This document shows positions 62,552 through 64,000 of a stretch of DNA of 64,000 nucleotides, one piece after another (within the stretch, counting starts at the first letter, position 1; each line of letters opens with the position of its first letter). The notes beneath the pieces were generated by a model that was not told where the DNA came from, ran no database searches, and saw only the letters and a program-made list of their open reading frames with translations. The position numbers and the translations under genes are program-made. Source of the stretch: Catajapyx aquilonaris (Eukaryota); assembly GCA_000934665.2 (NCBI GenBank), contig JYFJ02000715.1:62001-126000 (forward strand), written 5' to 3'.

Positions 62552-62696
62552 AAATGCAGCACTAGAGCAGAAGGTTGATGCATTCAAAGCCACAGAATCA
62601 GAGAAACAGAACTTTGTAGTTCAGGCTATGAAAGAGATTGAAGCCATGAGAGAGGATTTCAGGGTCACTCGTGAGGAGCTGCTAAATGCAAATGAT
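62552..62696 (+). CDS. Coiled-coil gene exon 6
   Basis: Preceded by a 69-bp intron with branch point ACTAAC; acceptor ctttatttcag|A (phase 2); donor GAT|gttcgt (phase 0). Confidence 0.87.
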
Positions 62697-62767
62697 GTTC
62701 GTATTGTAACTCAGAACATAAGTAGTGGTTTAAAAGCACAACTTAAATACCCTTTTTGATATCACAG

Positions 62768-63104
62768 GCTATGAGGCACAACAGCATGAATCTAGAGTGC
62801 CTGCCCAATGAGAATAGCCAGCTGAAAGATCGTGTAGCCAACATGAAGGAGCAGAAGAAGGAACTTAATGACCTCCAACTGAGCATGCAAGGGATTGGTG
62901 AGAAGAACATGTCTCCCCTAGAAAAAGTTGCATGGATTAAGGACGTCTACTTGGAGTTTGAAGCCAGGAGGGAAAGGATTGCAATTCTCAAGGAGAAGGT
63001 TGTGAAAGCAAAGGAGGAACTTGAGGTCCTGAAGGAGAACAGGATCAAGCTAGATGACATGTTGATAGCTGCAGATGAAGAAAGGAAGAATGCTGAGAGG
63101 CAAG
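62768..63104 (+). CDS. Coiled-coil gene exon 7
   Basis: Acceptor tttttgatatcacag|GCT after a 71-bp intron; frame of ORF 62756..63124; donor CAAG|gtatgc (phase 1). Confidence 0.9.
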
Positions 63105-63730
63105 GTATGCACAATGCACGGTGATCTTACAGGTTTGATAATTTTGAAATTGTCAAGTCGTATGACAATACAGGGTGAATGGAAACTTGCGGACAATCGC
63201 CAGGTAGGCTGATAGTACTGGTAAAACTAATATAGGGATGTGCAATTAGTTTTTGGCACGTTACATCCGTTCCGCCAGCTTCAAAGAAGCGAAAGTGAGC
63301 TCGAGAGCCGAGAGGTGACAATATTATGCTGTTCCAGCAACCCTTTGCTGAATGTTCTTCATGCCAAAATTAGACAGTGTAAGTCAATAGTATTTTGTGT
63401 GGTTGTTTTAGCAAGGCAAATTTTGTTGGGGCTTAGGTAAAATTTGTGTGACTTTTAGTAGTAGAAATTGGGATTAAAAAAAAAAAAAGCTTAGTCAAAC
63501 GTGAATAAGCCACACAGAATGAGGAAACTTTTGTATATCAAACCAGTAGAATGGCTGAAAAGGCCACTTGTAAATGGTAAATGACACCCATCCAAATTGA
63601 GTTGAGATAATTTCTGAATTTGCTGTGGTATTGATAGTGATCAGAAACATTTTCAGGACTTAGAATCTGCAGCTGTATCAACATGTAACTTTTTATGTTA
63701 ACTCGTTAGTAACTTAACTTAAATTTGTAG

Positions 63731-64000
63731 GCATGGTCAATGCAGAGCTGGAGAACAAGCTGGAAGAGTTGAAGGTAACTCTCCAGGAATATGAAGAAAG
63801 TGTTGCCACTAAGGAGAAGGAAATAGAAGCCAAGGAGGAGATCAACCACAAGATGGAAACATCAGTATCCAATTACAAGATGGAACTGAGCCAATACAAA
63901 GAATTCATGAACCAGATAGAGCAGATTCTGAAGAGTAAGGATATAGAATTGGCTCAAGTCATGAAGGAAATCCAGGAACGGACTGCCACCCAGGAAGAGG
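63731..64000 (+). CDS. Coiled-coil gene exon 8 (runs off the window)
   Basis: Acceptor aaatttgtag|GC (phase 1). Open frame GMVNAELENKLEELKVTLQEYEESVATKEKEIEAKEE..IQERTATQEE to the window end; absent from the ORF track because it has no stop. Confidence 0.9.

Overview
Eukaryotic (protostome, most likely arthropod) genomic DNA with two contrasting domains. (1) ~1-48 kb: almost transposon-free and apparently non-coding, with alternating homopolymer/TAAT-rich and AT-rich blocks. It contains one unambiguous microRNA, mir-981 (MIR-76 family; mature 19531-19552, + strand), and a candidate promoter/first exon for its primary transcript at ~6.1-7.0 kb. (2) ~48.6-64 kb: transposon-dense (LINE RNase H relic, two tRNA-derived SINE families, several MITEs, a 3.4-kb Tc1/mariner-type foldback). 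It holds the 5' part of a spliced + strand gene with 8 phase-compatible exons (~764 codons, running off the window). The product has an S/TQ-rich N-terminus and a long coiled coil whose start resembles the conserved N-terminal motif of the synaptonemal-complex protein SYCP1 (by-eye inference). The gene has a tandemly duplicated promoter (DRE, CCAAT, MYB-like/CHR-like module), each copy followed by a possible first coding exon. Most of the ORF track is spurious. All family assignments are by eye and from memory; no searches were run.
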